IMG/VR virus record: IMGVR_UViG_3300045996_001090
Coordinates: 1-47,504 of that record
DNA length: 47,504 nt
Strand: one strand, 5' to 3'
DNA from: a virus
The notes beneath the pieces are model-generated. The model made no database searches. It saw only the letters and a program-made list of their open reading frames with translations, and had not been told where the DNA came from. A program made the position numbers and the translations under genes. Below, one piece after another: positions 8,647 through 18,097 of this stretch; the first letter of the stretch is position 1; every line of letters begins with the position of its first letter.

Positions 8647-10238
8647 TGCGCTCTCCCGTCCGTCGCCGCCAAGCGCAACCGGCGAGGCTCAAGAGCTTCC
8701 CGGCGCCGACTGGCGGCCTGATCGCCAACGCGAACCTCGCCACGCCGGACCCGCGCGGGCCGGGCGGTCAACGGGTGGTCGGCGCGGCGCGGCTGGAAAA
8801 CTGGTTTCCGCTGGCGACGGGCGCGCGCGTCCGCGGCGGTTCGAACAAGTATGCGACGGTCGGGGCGCCGACGGCGGTCACTCGCCTTTTCAAGTACGGC
8901 GTCGGAAATGACGAACATTTCTTCGCGGCGACGGCATCGGCCATCTACGATATAACCACGGTCGCGGACGCCAGCGTATCGCCGGCGACGGCCGTCTCGG
9001 GACAAACAAGCGGGGCGTGGTCCGTCTGCCAGTTCGCCACGTCGGCCGGAACCTTCCTGCGCTGTGTTAATGGCGCCGACACGCCACAAGTCTTTGACGG
9101 CTCGGCCTGGGGAACGTCGCCGGCGATCACCGGCGCGACGCCTACGGCGCTTTCCTATGTGTGGGCGCACAAGTCGCGCCTTTGGTTCGTCGAGGGCGGC
9201 ACGCTCAATGCCTGGTATCTGCCGGTCGACTCGATCGGCGGGCTAGCGGTCGAGTTCCCGCTCGGCGGGATCTTCAACCGCGGCGGCTCGCTCCTGTTCG
9301 GCGCCTCCTGGGGTATTGATTCCGGGTACGGCCCAAGCGAAATGATTGCCTTCTTCACGACAGAGGGCGAGGTCGCGGTCTACCAGGGATCGGACCCGGC
9401 CGGCGGGCTCGGAACCTGGAACCTCGCCGGGGTCTATTTCATCGGGCGGCCGCTCGGCCCTCACGCCTGGGTCAAGGCGGGCGGTGATATCATCGTCGCA
9501 ACCGATATGGGCGCCAATCCGCTAACGCTCGCGATGCAGCGGGACGCGGCGGCGCTCGCGCCCTCGGCGATTTCCTACGCCATCGAAAACGAGTGGGTTA
9601 AGGCGGTCGGCGAGCGGACAAGCCCCTGGCACGCGGTTGTCTGGCCTGCGGCCCAGATGGTGGCAATCGCGCTCCCGACAGACTCGACGAACGATCCGCG
9701 TTGGTTCGTCGCCAACGCGCGCACGGGCGCCTGGGCCTGTTACACGGGCTGGAATGCAACCTGCGTCCAAACCTTCAATGAGCGGCTTTTCTTCGGAACC
9801 TCGGGCGGGCTGATCTTCGAGGGCGAGGTCACCGGCGCCGACAACGGCTCCCCGTTCGTCGCCTCGGCCGTGATGATGTTCGATGCGCTCAAGGCGCCGG
9901 CCCAGCTAAAGACGGCCGAGCTCGCGCGGATGGTCTACAAGGCGCCGCAGGCCATCAACGAACGGATTAGCATACAGACTGATTTCGAGGTCGAGCTTCC
10001 GCCGGCCCCTGACGTTGCGCCTCCCTCGTCCGCCACGGTGTGGGGGACGGGTGTTTGGGGCGTCAGCCTTTGGGGGACCGAGCGGGAGCTCGCCACCTTT
10101 CAACAGTGGAAAAGTGTTTCGGGCATGGGTTCAACCCTCGCCCCGGCGGTGCAGATTACAAGCGCGGGAACGTCGCCGCTGGATGTCGAGTTGGTGCGGA
10201 TCGATATGACTTACAGCGTCGCCGAGGTTGTGACTTGA
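8646..10238 (+). CDS. Tail tubular protein B / nozzle-like, 530 aa
   Basis: Basic N-terminus followed by a long beta-rich body. Position between the adaptor-like gene and the internal-virion-type genes. Confidence 0.45.
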   Translation: MRSPVRRRQAQPARLKSFPAPTGGLIANANLATPDPRGPGGQRVVGAARLENWFPLATGARVRGGSNKYATVGAPTAVTRLFKYGVGNDEHFFAATASAIYDITTVADASVSPATAVSGQTSGAWSVCQFATSAGTFLRCVNGADTPQVFDGSAWGTSPAITGATPTALSYVWAHKSRLWFVEGGTLNAWYLPVDSIGGLAVEFPLGGIFNRGGSLLFGASWGIDSGYGPSEMIAFFTTEGEVAVYQGSDPAGGLGTWNLAGVYFIGRPLGPHAWVKAGGDIIVATDMGANPLTLAMQRDAAALAPSAISYAIENEWVKAVGERTSPWHAVVWPAAQMVAIALPTDSTNDPRWFVANARTGAWACYTGWNATCVQTFNERLFFGTSGGLIFEGEVTGADNGSPFVASAVMMFDALKAPAQLKTAELARMVYKAPQAINERISIQTDFEVELPPAPDVAPPSSATVWGTGVWGVSLWGTERELATFQQWKSVSGMGSTLAPAVQITSAGTSPLDVELVRIDMTYSVAEVVT

Positions 10239-10633
10239 CCACGCGCACGGTCGGCGATGATCCGGCGCGCGTTGCCTCGTTCGTCGGCAACCGGACCGGC
10301 GTCGTCGTCTATCCGCCGTTCGTCGGCCTCGGCCTCGAGCGGAACGGCGAGCTCGTCGCCGGCGTGGTCCTGAATTGCTACACCGGTCACGACATTAACC
10401 TATGTTTAGCGTCCGATCGCGGCGCCATCACTCGCCGGTTTATGCGCGAGGTCGCCGACTACGTTTGGCGGCAAGCCCAATGTGACCGCGTCACGATCGA
10501 AACCGCAAGCTCTGAGGTCGCCGAGCTAGCTCTCCGCGTCGGCGGGCTCGTCGAGGGCGTCAAGCGCGATGCCTACGGGCCGGGGCGCAACGCCTTCGTG
10601 CTCGGGATACTCAAGGCCGATTGGCCGCTTTAA
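10235..10633 (+). CDS. GNAT-family N-acetyltransferase-like protein, 132 aa
   Basis: TTG start overlapping the upstream stop (TTGA). Pattern GELVAGVVLNCY...RVTIETASSEVAELALRVGGLVEGVKRDAYGPGRNAFVLGILKADW resembles RimJ/RimL-type GNAT folds. Confidence 0.5.
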   Translation: MTTRTVGDDPARVASFVGNRTGVVVYPPFVGLGLERNGELVAGVVLNCYTGHDINLCLASDRGAITRRFMREVADYVWRQAQCDRVTIETASSEVAELALRVGGLVEGVKRDAYGPGRNAFVLGILKADWPL

Positions 10634-10771
10634 GGTGCTCACCATTACGTTGACGGGCCAGCCCTCAACGGTGAGCGTCGCTCGGTCTTTACAGATGGCG
10701 TAGATCGCCGCCTCCCCATAAACGGGGTGAACCACGGTGTCGCCAACTTCGAACTTCGGCTTCTCGTCCAT
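10526..10771 (-). CDS. Antisense-embedded small protein, 81 aa (moron-like)
   Basis: Very strong SD (AGGAGGAGG, 4-nt spacer) before the ATG. High third-position GC throughout. Its 3' end overlaps the convergent GNAT gene by 108 nt. Confidence 0.6.
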   Translation of the reverse strand: MDEKPKFEVGDTVVHPVYGEAAIYAICKDRATLTVEGWPVNVMVSTLKRPIGLEYPEHEGVAPRPVGIALDALDEPADAES

Positions 10772-10784
10772 CTCGCCTCCTCCT

Positions 10785-10800
10785 GGCGCTCTCTAGCGCC
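10785..10800. promoter_or_regulatory. Palindrome GGCGCT-CTCT-AGCGCC in the 91-bp divergent intergenic region
   Basis: Perfect 6-bp arms. Lies between the minus-strand start at 10771 and the plus-strand start at 10863. Confidence 0.35.
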
Positions 10801-10862
10801 CGTTTGTCCGCTCTGCGCTCAAACCGCGTCGGACCCTGCACGCTCAAAAGGGTCAACTCCCC

Positions 10863-12449
10863 GTGAAATCTCCAAAGCCAGCGCCGATGCCGGCGGCTCC
10901 TGATCCTGTGGCTACTGCGCAAGCGCAGGCGCGCGCCAACACTGGCACCGCCCTGACGCAATCCGCGCTGAACATGACGAACCAGGTCACGCCGGACTAT
11001 AATCTCAACTATGCGGCGAACGGCGAGTTCATCCACGTGCCGGACGGCTTCGGCGGCACCACGTCGATTCCGCGCTATACGGCCACGCAAACCCTCGCGC
11101 CCGATCAACAGCAACTCCGTGATCTGAACGTCCAGACTGATTTGAGCATGGCTCAAACCGGCCTGGATCAAGCCCAGCGCATCGGCGGCATCCTCGGAAC
11201 GTCGATTGATCCGAACAACGCGCCGGCCACACAGGGCCAGCTATATCACTGGAACGCGGCACAGGACTACATCAACGACGCCGGCCCCATCCGCAACACG
11301 ATCGCGGACGCCGGCGATATTCAGCGCGGGTTTGGCGACGCGGGCGCTATTCAGAGCCAGCTCGGCGACGTGGGCGACGTGCAACGCACCATCGGACCTC
11401 AGTGGCAGGCGGGCGAGAGCTCGACGCCGATGGGTTACGAGTCGCAGCGCATCCGGACGGAGAACGCGCTTTATGATAGACTGAACCCTCAGCTCGAACA
11501 GGACCGCGCCGCGCTCGAAACCAAGCTGATTAACTCCGGCTATCGCCGCGGCTCTGAGGCATGGGACAACGCCATGCAACAGGCCGATCAACAGGCGAAC
11601 GACGCGCGCCTCGGCGTCATCAGGGCCGGCGGCGAGGAGCAATCCCGGCTCGCCGGGCTCGAGTTTGGCCGGTTCGATCGCGAGAACGCGGCGCAGAACC
11701 AAGCCTTTCAGCAAGAGCTCGGCGCCGGCACGTTCGCTAACTCGGCGCAGGCGCAGCTTTACGGGCAGCTACAGGGCCGGGCGCAGTTCGCGAACGACGC
11801 GCAGGCGCAGCAGTATTCGCAGAACACGACCGACGCGAATTTCTGGAACGCTGCACAAGGCCAGCAATTCGGGCAGAACGCGCAGCAGGCGGCGTTCTAC
11901 AATTCGGCGCAGCAGCAGGATCTGCAGGGCGAGCTCGCCGCGGCGAACTATGCCGCGCAACAGCGGGATCGGTGGTTCCGTGAGCAATTCGCGCTACGCG
12001 ACCAGCCGATTAACGAGGTCACGGCGCTGATGTCGGGCTCGCAAGTGTCGCAGCCGAACTTCGTCAACACGCCTCAGACTCAGGTTGGCGGGGTCGATTA
12101 CAGCGGCATCGTGAACAACAATTTCAACCGCTCCGTCGATTACACAATGTCGACGAATGCACAGAACACGGCGGCGGCGAACGCCCAGATGGGCGGTTTA
12201 TTTGGGCTTGCCGGAACCGCCGGCTATGGCCTGATGCGCTACTCCGATCGGCGGCTCAAGCGTGATGTCGAGGCGGTCGGCAAGGGCGCGCATGGGCTCC
12301 CGGTCTATAACTTTCGTTATAGGTGGGGCGGGCCGGTCCAGGTCGGCTACATGGCCGATGAGGTCGCGGCGGTCCGGCCGGATGCGGTCACGGTCACGCC
12401 TTCGGGCTTCCTCGCCGTCGATTACGGCAAGCTCGAGGGGGCGCTCTGA
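10863..12449 (+). CDS. Virion protein with a Q-rich repeat region and a C-terminal Peptidase_S74 (intramolecular chaperone) domain, 528 aa
   Basis: The C-terminus SDRRLKRDVEAVG...GLPVYNFRYRWG...VGYMADEVAAVRPDAV...VDYGKL matches the S74 autoproteolytic chaperone signature. The middle is rich in AQxQxY/F repeats. Confidence 0.7.
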   Translation: MKSPKPAPMPAAPDPVATAQAQARANTGTALTQSALNMTNQVTPDYNLNYAANGEFIHVPDGFGGTTSIPRYTATQTLAPDQQQLRDLNVQTDLSMAQTGLDQAQRIGGILGTSIDPNNAPATQGQLYHWNAAQDYINDAGPIRNTIADAGDIQRGFGDAGAIQSQLGDVGDVQRTIGPQWQAGESSTPMGYESQRIRTENALYDRLNPQLEQDRAALETKLINSGYRRGSEAWDNAMQQADQQANDARLGVIRAGGEEQSRLAGLEFGRFDRENAAQNQAFQQELGAGTFANSAQAQLYGQLQGRAQFANDAQAQQYSQNTTDANFWNAAQGQQFGQNAQQAAFYNSAQQQDLQGELAAANYAAQQRDRWFREQFALRDQPINEVTALMSGSQVSQPNFVNTPQTQVGGVDYSGIVNNNFNRSVDYTMSTNAQNTAAANAQMGGLFGLAGTAGYGLMRYSDRRLKRDVEAVGKGAHGLPVYNFRYRWGGPVQVGYMADEVAAVRPDAVTVTPSGFLAVDYGKLEGAL

Positions 12450-14473
12450 TGGCCGCTTTCGTTTGGGGCGACTCGGGCGAGGCTCTCACGCCGGAGCAAA
12501 TCAAGCACCGGCGCGCGCTCACTGAAGCCATGCTGCGCAAGCGCATCGGCGACGCCTCGCCTATTCAGCACCCGACGCAAGGGTTCGCGCGCGTCGCGGA
12601 CGCGCTCCTTGCTGGGTTCGAAGGGCGGCGCCTCGATCAAGCGGAAGCCGGAAACCGGGCCTATAACTCGGGCGTTGATAAAATCCTCGCCGATCTCGCC
12701 GGCGGCGGCGGCGGCGCGACGGGGGGGAGTGGGGGCAGCACCCCGGGCGCCCCTGCCCCGACGATTGGCGAACGGTTCCCAACGTCGATCGGTGTTGTGC
12801 CGGACCAGGAAGGCACAAGCGGCGACTCAATCCGCTCCGCCGAGGCCACGCGGACGGCGGGCGCGCTAAGCGGCGATCGCGAAACGGTGCGCCAGTATGT
12901 GCGCCAAGCGGCAGAGGCTCGCGGAATTGACCCCGACATTGCCGAGGTCGTCGTAAAGCAGGAAAGCGGGTTCAACCCGAGCGCCCGAAACATCAACGCC
13001 AAAGAAAAATCTTACGGCGTGATGCAATTAAACACTCAGGGCGGGCTTGGAGCCGTCGCTCTCAAGCAGGGTATCGATCCGACCGACCCGAGCCAATGGA
13101 AGCGGCACGTCGATTTCAGTTTTGACACAATCGCTAAAGACGGGTGGCGCCAGTGGTACGGCGCGCGCGATCGCGGAATCGGGCGCTGGGATGGCATCGG
13201 AACGCGCAAGGTCGCGGCTAGTGAAACGCCGGACCCGCGCGCTGCGGGGCAAGTCGCGAGCTCCGAGGGCATGGTCCCGCCGGCGGTCGCTGCCGGCGGC
13301 GCTGCGGCTCCCGCTGGGGCGCCTGTGACGCCTCCGGCCTCCGGACGCGAGCGCGGCGTCGAGCGCGTCGCGCAAGCCTTCGATCCTCGCCTCGCCAAAT
13401 ACGCAACGGACGATGCCCTGACGCCGGGACGGCGCCAATTGGCACAGCTCCTCCTGCAGCAGCGCCTCGATGCGGCGAAGATCGCGCAACAGCGGCAGGA
13501 CGAGCTCGCGAAGGAAGGGCGCCAGCGCGCGGCGGCCGAGGCGGACTATCGCCGGAACCGCGGCGATACGGTCGCCGACCGCGCCGACGAACGGCAGCAC
13601 CAAACGCGGACGTTCGAAACTCAGCAACTCCCGTTCAAGCTCGCCGACGATAACCGGGCGCAAGAGAAGCTCCGGCTCGAGCAAGAGGCGGCGCGGCGCC
13701 AAGCCGATCTCCATCCGCTCGAGGTCAAAAACAAGTCGCTGTCGCCGAAAGCGCGCGAGCTCGATGATCTGGCCGATGACCCGAGGCGCGTCGCGACGGC
13801 CGAGCGCGTCGCGCGCGCCGGGGCTCCTCGTCCGACCGTCAACGTGCCGCCTAATCACCGGGCGGTTTACGATAAGGACGGCAATTTCAGCCACGCCGAG
13901 CCAATCCGCGACTCCTCCGGCGCCGTGCTCGATCCGGAAGGCGCCAAGGCGACGCGCGAAGCGGCCGCACAGGCGCGCATTTCGGCTCCGGACGCTCTCG
14001 CCAAGGCGGCGCTCGCGCTGCGATCGGTCGAGGAGGTCCGGACGCATCCGGGCCGCGAGTCGCTCGGCGCCACGGGCGCGCTTGCTGATGTGCCTGTGAT
14101 CGGCCGCGGCCTGCCGGGCTCGCCGGCGCGCGGGTTCGTGTCGCGCGTCGAACAGCTACAGGGGCAAGCGTTCCTCGAGGCGTTCGAAAGCCTCAAGGGC
14201 GGCGGCGCAATCTCGGAAAAGGAAGGCCAGAAAGCCGAGCAAGCCAAGGCGCGCTTGCAACGCGCGGTGAAGCGCGAGGAGTTCGACGCGGCTCTCGACG
14301 ATCTGGCGGACGTTATCAAAACCGGCCGGCGCAATCTCTGGATCAAGTCCGGCGTGCCGAACGAACACATTTCGACGCTCGAGCGGGCTCACGACGCGAT
14401 TGCCGCCGGCAAGTCGCGAGAGGCCGTGATTAAGCGCCTTCGCGAAAACCAAATTGAAGCGGTGGGCTTCTGA
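12449..14473 (+). CDS. Internal virion protein with a lytic transglycosylase (SLT) domain, 674 aa
   Basis: VVKQESGFNPSARN...SYGVMQLN is the SLT catalytic Glu-Ser / GxMQ motif. Gly-rich linker and long charged coiled-coil C-half. TGATG coupling to the upstream gene. Confidence 0.75.
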   Translation: MAAFVWGDSGEALTPEQIKHRRALTEAMLRKRIGDASPIQHPTQGFARVADALLAGFEGRRLDQAEAGNRAYNSGVDKILADLAGGGGGATGGSGGSTPGAPAPTIGERFPTSIGVVPDQEGTSGDSIRSAEATRTAGALSGDRETVRQYVRQAAEARGIDPDIAEVVVKQESGFNPSARNINAKEKSYGVMQLNTQGGLGAVALKQGIDPTDPSQWKRHVDFSFDTIAKDGWRQWYGARDRGIGRWDGIGTRKVAASETPDPRAAGQVASSEGMVPPAVAAGGAAAPAGAPVTPPASGRERGVERVAQAFDPRLAKYATDDALTPGRRQLAQLLLQQRLDAAKIAQQRQDELAKEGRQRAAAEADYRRNRGDTVADRADERQHQTRTFETQQLPFKLADDNRAQEKLRLEQEAARRQADLHPLEVKNKSLSPKARELDDLADDPRRVATAERVARAGAPRPTVNVPPNHRAVYDKDGNFSHAEPIRDSSGAVLDPEGAKATREAAAQARISAPDALAKAALALRSVEEVRTHPGRESLGATGALADVPVIGRGLPGSPARGFVSRVEQLQGQAFLEAFESLKGGGAISEKEGQKAEQAKARLQRAVKREEFDAALDDLADVIKTGRRNLWIKSGVPNEHISTLERAHDAIAAGKSREAVIKRLRENQIEAVGF

Positions 14474-14475
14474 TC

Positions 14476-17100
14476 GTGGCGAAGATCACTTTTGACGATC
14501 TGCCGGACGAAAAGGACGCGCGCGGCGGCTTGTCGTTTGACGATCTGCCGGACGAAAAGCCGGCCGGTCCGAAAAAGGCGGAAGGCGGCAATCCGGTCAC
14601 GGCGGCGGCTCGCGGCGTGGTGTCAGGAATCCCGCTTGTCGGGCCTGCCGTGCTCCGCGGCCTCGAGAACGTCAGCGCGGGCGCCCAGTCACTAACCAGC
14701 GGCAATCCGCAAGCCGAAGAGCTCGAGCGCATCCGGGCTTATGGCGCGGCCTCGGACAAGGCGAACCCTGGTTCGCGCCTCGGCGGCGACATTGCCGGCG
14801 GCGTGCTCGGCTCTATGCCGCTCGTCCTGGCGGCTCCTGCGGCCTTCGGCGCCGGCGCGGCTCCGCTGGTAACGCGCATGGCCGCCTCGGGCGTCTCGGG
14901 CATGGGCCTGACGGGGCTCGATGCCGCGACGCGGGCGGTTCCGGAAGGCGCCGCTCCGGAGCAAGCGGTTAAGGCGTTCACTGATGCCGCCGGACCTGGC
15001 GCGGCGATCGGCGGCGTGGCCGGCACCCTCGGTCCGGTCGCAATGGAAGTTGGGCAGGGCGTCGCTCGTGCGGCCGCGCCATACATCGGCATGTCCAAGT
15101 TCGCCGGCGAGGACCGGGTTGCGCGGGCTCTCCTCAATGCCCAACGCGAGCCCGGCTCGATCGCCGAGGGCATGGAACGCGCTCGCGGGCTTGGTAAGGG
15201 CCACGAATACACACTCGCCGATGAGCTCGGCGAGTCTGGGTCTGGGCTGGCCGCTTGGGCCGCTCGTGGTCCAGGCCCCGGCCGTGAGCGCGTTGTCGAG
15301 GCGCTCGTGCCTCGCCAAAGAATGCAGGCGGAGCGGTTGGCGGCCGATCTCTCGGAAGCGATGGGAACCAGCGGCACGGCCAAGCAAGAGGCGGCGCGGC
15401 TCCTCAAGCGGGCGCAAGATGAGTCCCGGCCAATCTACAACAGGTCGATGGCTGTCGATGTGAGCGACAACTCGAGGCTCGCCGCTTTCCAGGGTTCCGA
15501 CGTCGCCAAGTCCGCCATGCGGACCGGGGCCGAGATTGAGGCAAACGAGCGCCTTGCGGCCCAACTGGCCGGCAAGGTCGACGAGACGGCGCTTTTCCAG
15601 CCCTCAGAGCGAGCGGGCAAGGCACCGTCCGCGCCTGCGGGAAAGCCGGCGCCGGTCGCCGCTGGGCCTGTGGAAAAGCGGCCTGAGACGATGGCCGAGT
15701 TTATCGCGCGGCATGGCGGAATCGAGCTCGACGGAGATTTCGCGCACGCCGGCCTGGACAAGTTCCGGGTCCGCTCGCCGGACGGTAAGCACGCCGGCAA
15801 CGTCGCTCGCAAAGGCGGTCACAGTCTCGACGGGTATTGGCGCGTCCGGCTGCAAGAGGAAGGGTTCCTTCCGAAAAGCGCCGACGGCTACATGGAGCGC
15901 AATGTTCGGGACGAGGTAATCGACGCGCTTCTCCGCGAGCAAGGCGGGATGCCGACGTATCGGGCGGGCGACGCCGGAGCCGCCGAAGCGGCCCAGGGCG
16001 CAAAGAACGAGGCGGCCAATGCCGCGGCGCTCGTCGAGCACACAAGCCGGGTTCGGCGCGAGCTCGTCGAGCTCGGCGTCCCGGAACGGTCGATCGACAA
16101 GGCGGCCCTCGAGGAAGCGGCGAAGGCGTCCAGGCGCGGCGAGGACGGCGTTCTCGTTTACGAGCGGCTGCTCGAAACGGGGATGCCAGACACGGCCCCT
16201 GCGGGCTCGCCTGGCGCGGGCTCCGCTCCGGCGGCTCCTCCGGGCGCTCCGGCGCCGGAAACCATCACAGCGGCTCAATACCGCGACCTGATAGCGGGCG
16301 GCGGCAAGGAAGCCGCGCCTGTGACGATGCGGGATATTCAGCGGGCGCGCATCGGCCTCCGCTCCGAAATAGACAAGGCGTTTAGGGCTGGCGAGAACGA
16401 CAAGGCTTTCTCGCTAAAAGAGGTTTTGAAGGCCCTCGACGGCGAGCTTGAACGGGCAAACCCGGAGTTCCTCACGGCCAATCGGACGTATGCTGGGCCG
16501 GCGGGCGCCCGTAGTGCGATCACAAAGGGCCAGAAAGCGTCTCACGAAAGGCCCGAGGACGCCCTTGACACGTTCCGGGGACTGGCGGCGGCTGACGAGC
16601 AGCAAGGTTTCCGGCAGGGAATTTCCGAGGGCTATCAGAAGCGCCTCGCGAATGCTGAGGGCGCCGGCGATCGGGCGCGCATATTCGATTCGGCCAAAGG
16701 GCGCGCACTAGAGGAAATTGCCCTGCCTGGGCAGGGCGAGCGCTTCGGGGCACGGCGCGAGCTCGAATCCCGTATGTCGGCGACGCAGCAGCGGGCACTC
16801 GGCGGCTCGCAAACGGCCGCTAATCTCGCGAACGATGCCGCTTATAGCGGTGTCCTGGAAGCTCTATGGGCCGGCAACTACGGGCGAGCCGCGATGAACC
16901 TCGGGCGCTCGGCTTTGACGGCAAGCACGCCCGGCTCACGCGATCGCGTCGCCGAGCTCCTCCTCCGGACGGCGGCGGAAGGCGGCGAGGGCGTGGTCGA
17001 TGAACTGACAAGCGCGGCGCTGCGCCGGCGCGAGCTCGCGGCGCTGATCTATCAAAGCATGGTCGGCGGCGCGCGCTCCGGCGTTCAAAGCGCCCGGTAA
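14476..17100 (+). CDS. Large internal-virion/ejection-type protein, 874 aa
   Basis: GTG start 2 nt after the upstream stop. Size and position resemble podovirus core proteins. Has the N-terminal FDDLPDEK tandem repeat. Confidence 0.55.
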   Translation: MAKITFDDLPDEKDARGGLSFDDLPDEKPAGPKKAEGGNPVTAAARGVVSGIPLVGPAVLRGLENVSAGAQSLTSGNPQAEELERIRAYGAASDKANPGSRLGGDIAGGVLGSMPLVLAAPAAFGAGAAPLVTRMAASGVSGMGLTGLDAATRAVPEGAAPEQAVKAFTDAAGPGAAIGGVAGTLGPVAMEVGQGVARAAAPYIGMSKFAGEDRVARALLNAQREPGSIAEGMERARGLGKGHEYTLADELGESGSGLAAWAARGPGPGRERVVEALVPRQRMQAERLAADLSEAMGTSGTAKQEAARLLKRAQDESRPIYNRSMAVDVSDNSRLAAFQGSDVAKSAMRTGAEIEANERLAAQLAGKVDETALFQPSERAGKAPSAPAGKPAPVAAGPVEKRPETMAEFIARHGGIELDGDFAHAGLDKFRVRSPDGKHAGNVARKGGHSLDGYWRVRLQEEGFLPKSADGYMERNVRDEVIDALLREQGGMPTYRAGDAGAAEAAQGAKNEAANAAALVEHTSRVRRELVELGVPERSIDKAALEEAAKASRRGEDGVLVYERLLETGMPDTAPAGSPGAGSAPAAPPGAPAPETITAAQYRDLIAGGGKEAAPVTMRDIQRARIGLRSEIDKAFRAGENDKAFSLKEVLKALDGELERANPEFLTANRTYAGPAGARSAITKGQKASHERPEDALDTFRGLAAADEQQGFRQGISEGYQKRLANAEGAGDRARIFDSAKGRALEEIALPGQGERFGARRELESRMSATQQRALGGSQTAANLANDAAYSGVLEALWAGNYGRAAMNLGRSALTASTPGSRDRVAELLLRTAAEGGEGVVDELTSAALRRRELAALIYQSMVGGARSGVQSAR
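14491..14559 (+). repeat. Two exact 24-bp copies (TTTGACGATCTGCCGGACGAAAAG) spaced 45 bp apart
   Basis: 14491-14514 and 14536-14559. They encode FDDLPDEK twice. Confidence 0.9.
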
Positions 17101-17261
17101 ACCTCGGCCAGAAACAGCGCCAGCACGGCGAGCGCGATCGCGACTGAACCGGCCGTGGTGAAAAGCGGGCGGGGCAATGCCAGCGGCTCGGGCTGCGCTT
17201 GCGGCGCTCCTCCGTTCCGCTCTGAGCGCCATTCGTCGCGCTCTAAGTCCACCGTTTTCAT
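17085..17261 (-). CDS. Antisense small tail-anchored membrane protein, 58 aa
   Basis: Hydrophobic C-terminus FTTAGSVAIALAVLALFLAEV. High third-position GC. Overlaps the end of the 874-aa gene by 16 nt. SD weak, start uncertain (17279 also possible). Confidence 0.4.
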   Translation of the reverse strand: MKTVDLERDEWRSERNGGAPQAQPEPLALPRPLFTTAGSVAIALAVLALFLAEVYRAL

Positions 17262-17290
17262 TCCGACAATCTCACACATAGGACGGCTCT

Positions 17291-18094
17291 ATGCCAAGCG
17301 ACGGCTCAGGCGTTTACACGCTTCCGAGTGGATATCTTGCGACCACGGGGCAACCGATCCTCGCCAGTCAGCACAATCCGCCGCTCGAGGACATTAAGGA
17401 CGCGCTGTCAGCGCGGCTGATGCGCTCCGGCGTCGCCGCCATGACGGGCAAGCTATCCGCGGCCGCGTGCGCTGCCGGTTATGCCTCGATCAATCTCGCC
17501 GAGGGCACGGCCCCGTCTGCGCCCGTCGACGGTGATATGTGGGTCACGGCGGATCACGCTTACGTGCGCGCGAACGGCGTCACGGCGGACCTCGACATCA
17601 TCAAGCGCATCGATGCCGAGACAACCGAAACCGGCGTTGCCTCGATCACTTTCACCGACCTGCCGGCCGGGACGAAAGAGCTAAAAATTCGGATTTTTGC
17701 GCTACAGCCGAGTGTGGATGCTACAAACCTGAACATGCGGCTTTCGACAGACAACGGCGCGACCTACCTCTCCGGCGCGAGCGATTACGCTTGGCAGCTA
17801 TCACACGATTTCTCCGCCACTGTTTCGGCAGAAAGCGACGGCGCCGACTCGCTGATCCAACTCGCGCAAAACCTCGACAGCTCGCACGGCGATTGCATGG
17901 GCGAGATTAGCGTGTTCTTCAAAGCCTCGGGCCGGGCGTTCGTGCGGTCGCACATTCACCTCATCGACACTACGCCTGAGTATGGGAATACCGAGTCGAT
18001 GGGCTACACGGAATTTACCTGCAACGCGGTCCAGATTCTTCCGACGACCGGCAACATCACCGTCACCTATTCCGCCGTTGCGATCCTGGGCTAG
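17291..18094 (+). CDS. Tail fibre-like protein, 267 aa
   Basis: The N-terminus GVYTLPSGYLATTGQPILASQHNPPLEDIKDALSARL...MTGKL is a common fibre N-terminal anchor pattern in alphaproteobacterial phages. Confidence 0.55.
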   Translation: MPSDGSGVYTLPSGYLATTGQPILASQHNPPLEDIKDALSARLMRSGVAAMTGKLSAAACAAGYASINLAEGTAPSAPVDGDMWVTADHAYVRANGVTADLDIIKRIDAETTETGVASITFTDLPAGTKELKIRIFALQPSVDATNLNMRLSTDNGATYLSGASDYAWQLSHDFSATVSAESDGADSLIQLAQNLDSSHGDCMGEISVFFKASGRAFVRSHIHLIDTTPEYGNTESMGYTEFTCNAVQILPTTGNITVTYSAVAILG

Positions 18095-18097
18095 TCC

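Noticed and set aside
13028-14047. 339-aa minus-strand ORF; similar cases at 14692-15564 (290 aa), 15604-16278 (224 aa) and 17801-18907 (368 aa)
   Set aside because: All are antisense to well-supported virion genes. They are Arg/Pro/Ala-rich, lack SD sites and have no recognisable domains. I treat them as GC-driven spurious ORFs.
14491-14559. Short exact repeats considered as a possible CRISPR-like or iteron array
   Set aside because: There are only two copies, in frame inside a coding region (FDDLPDEK twice). No array structure exists anywhere in the window.
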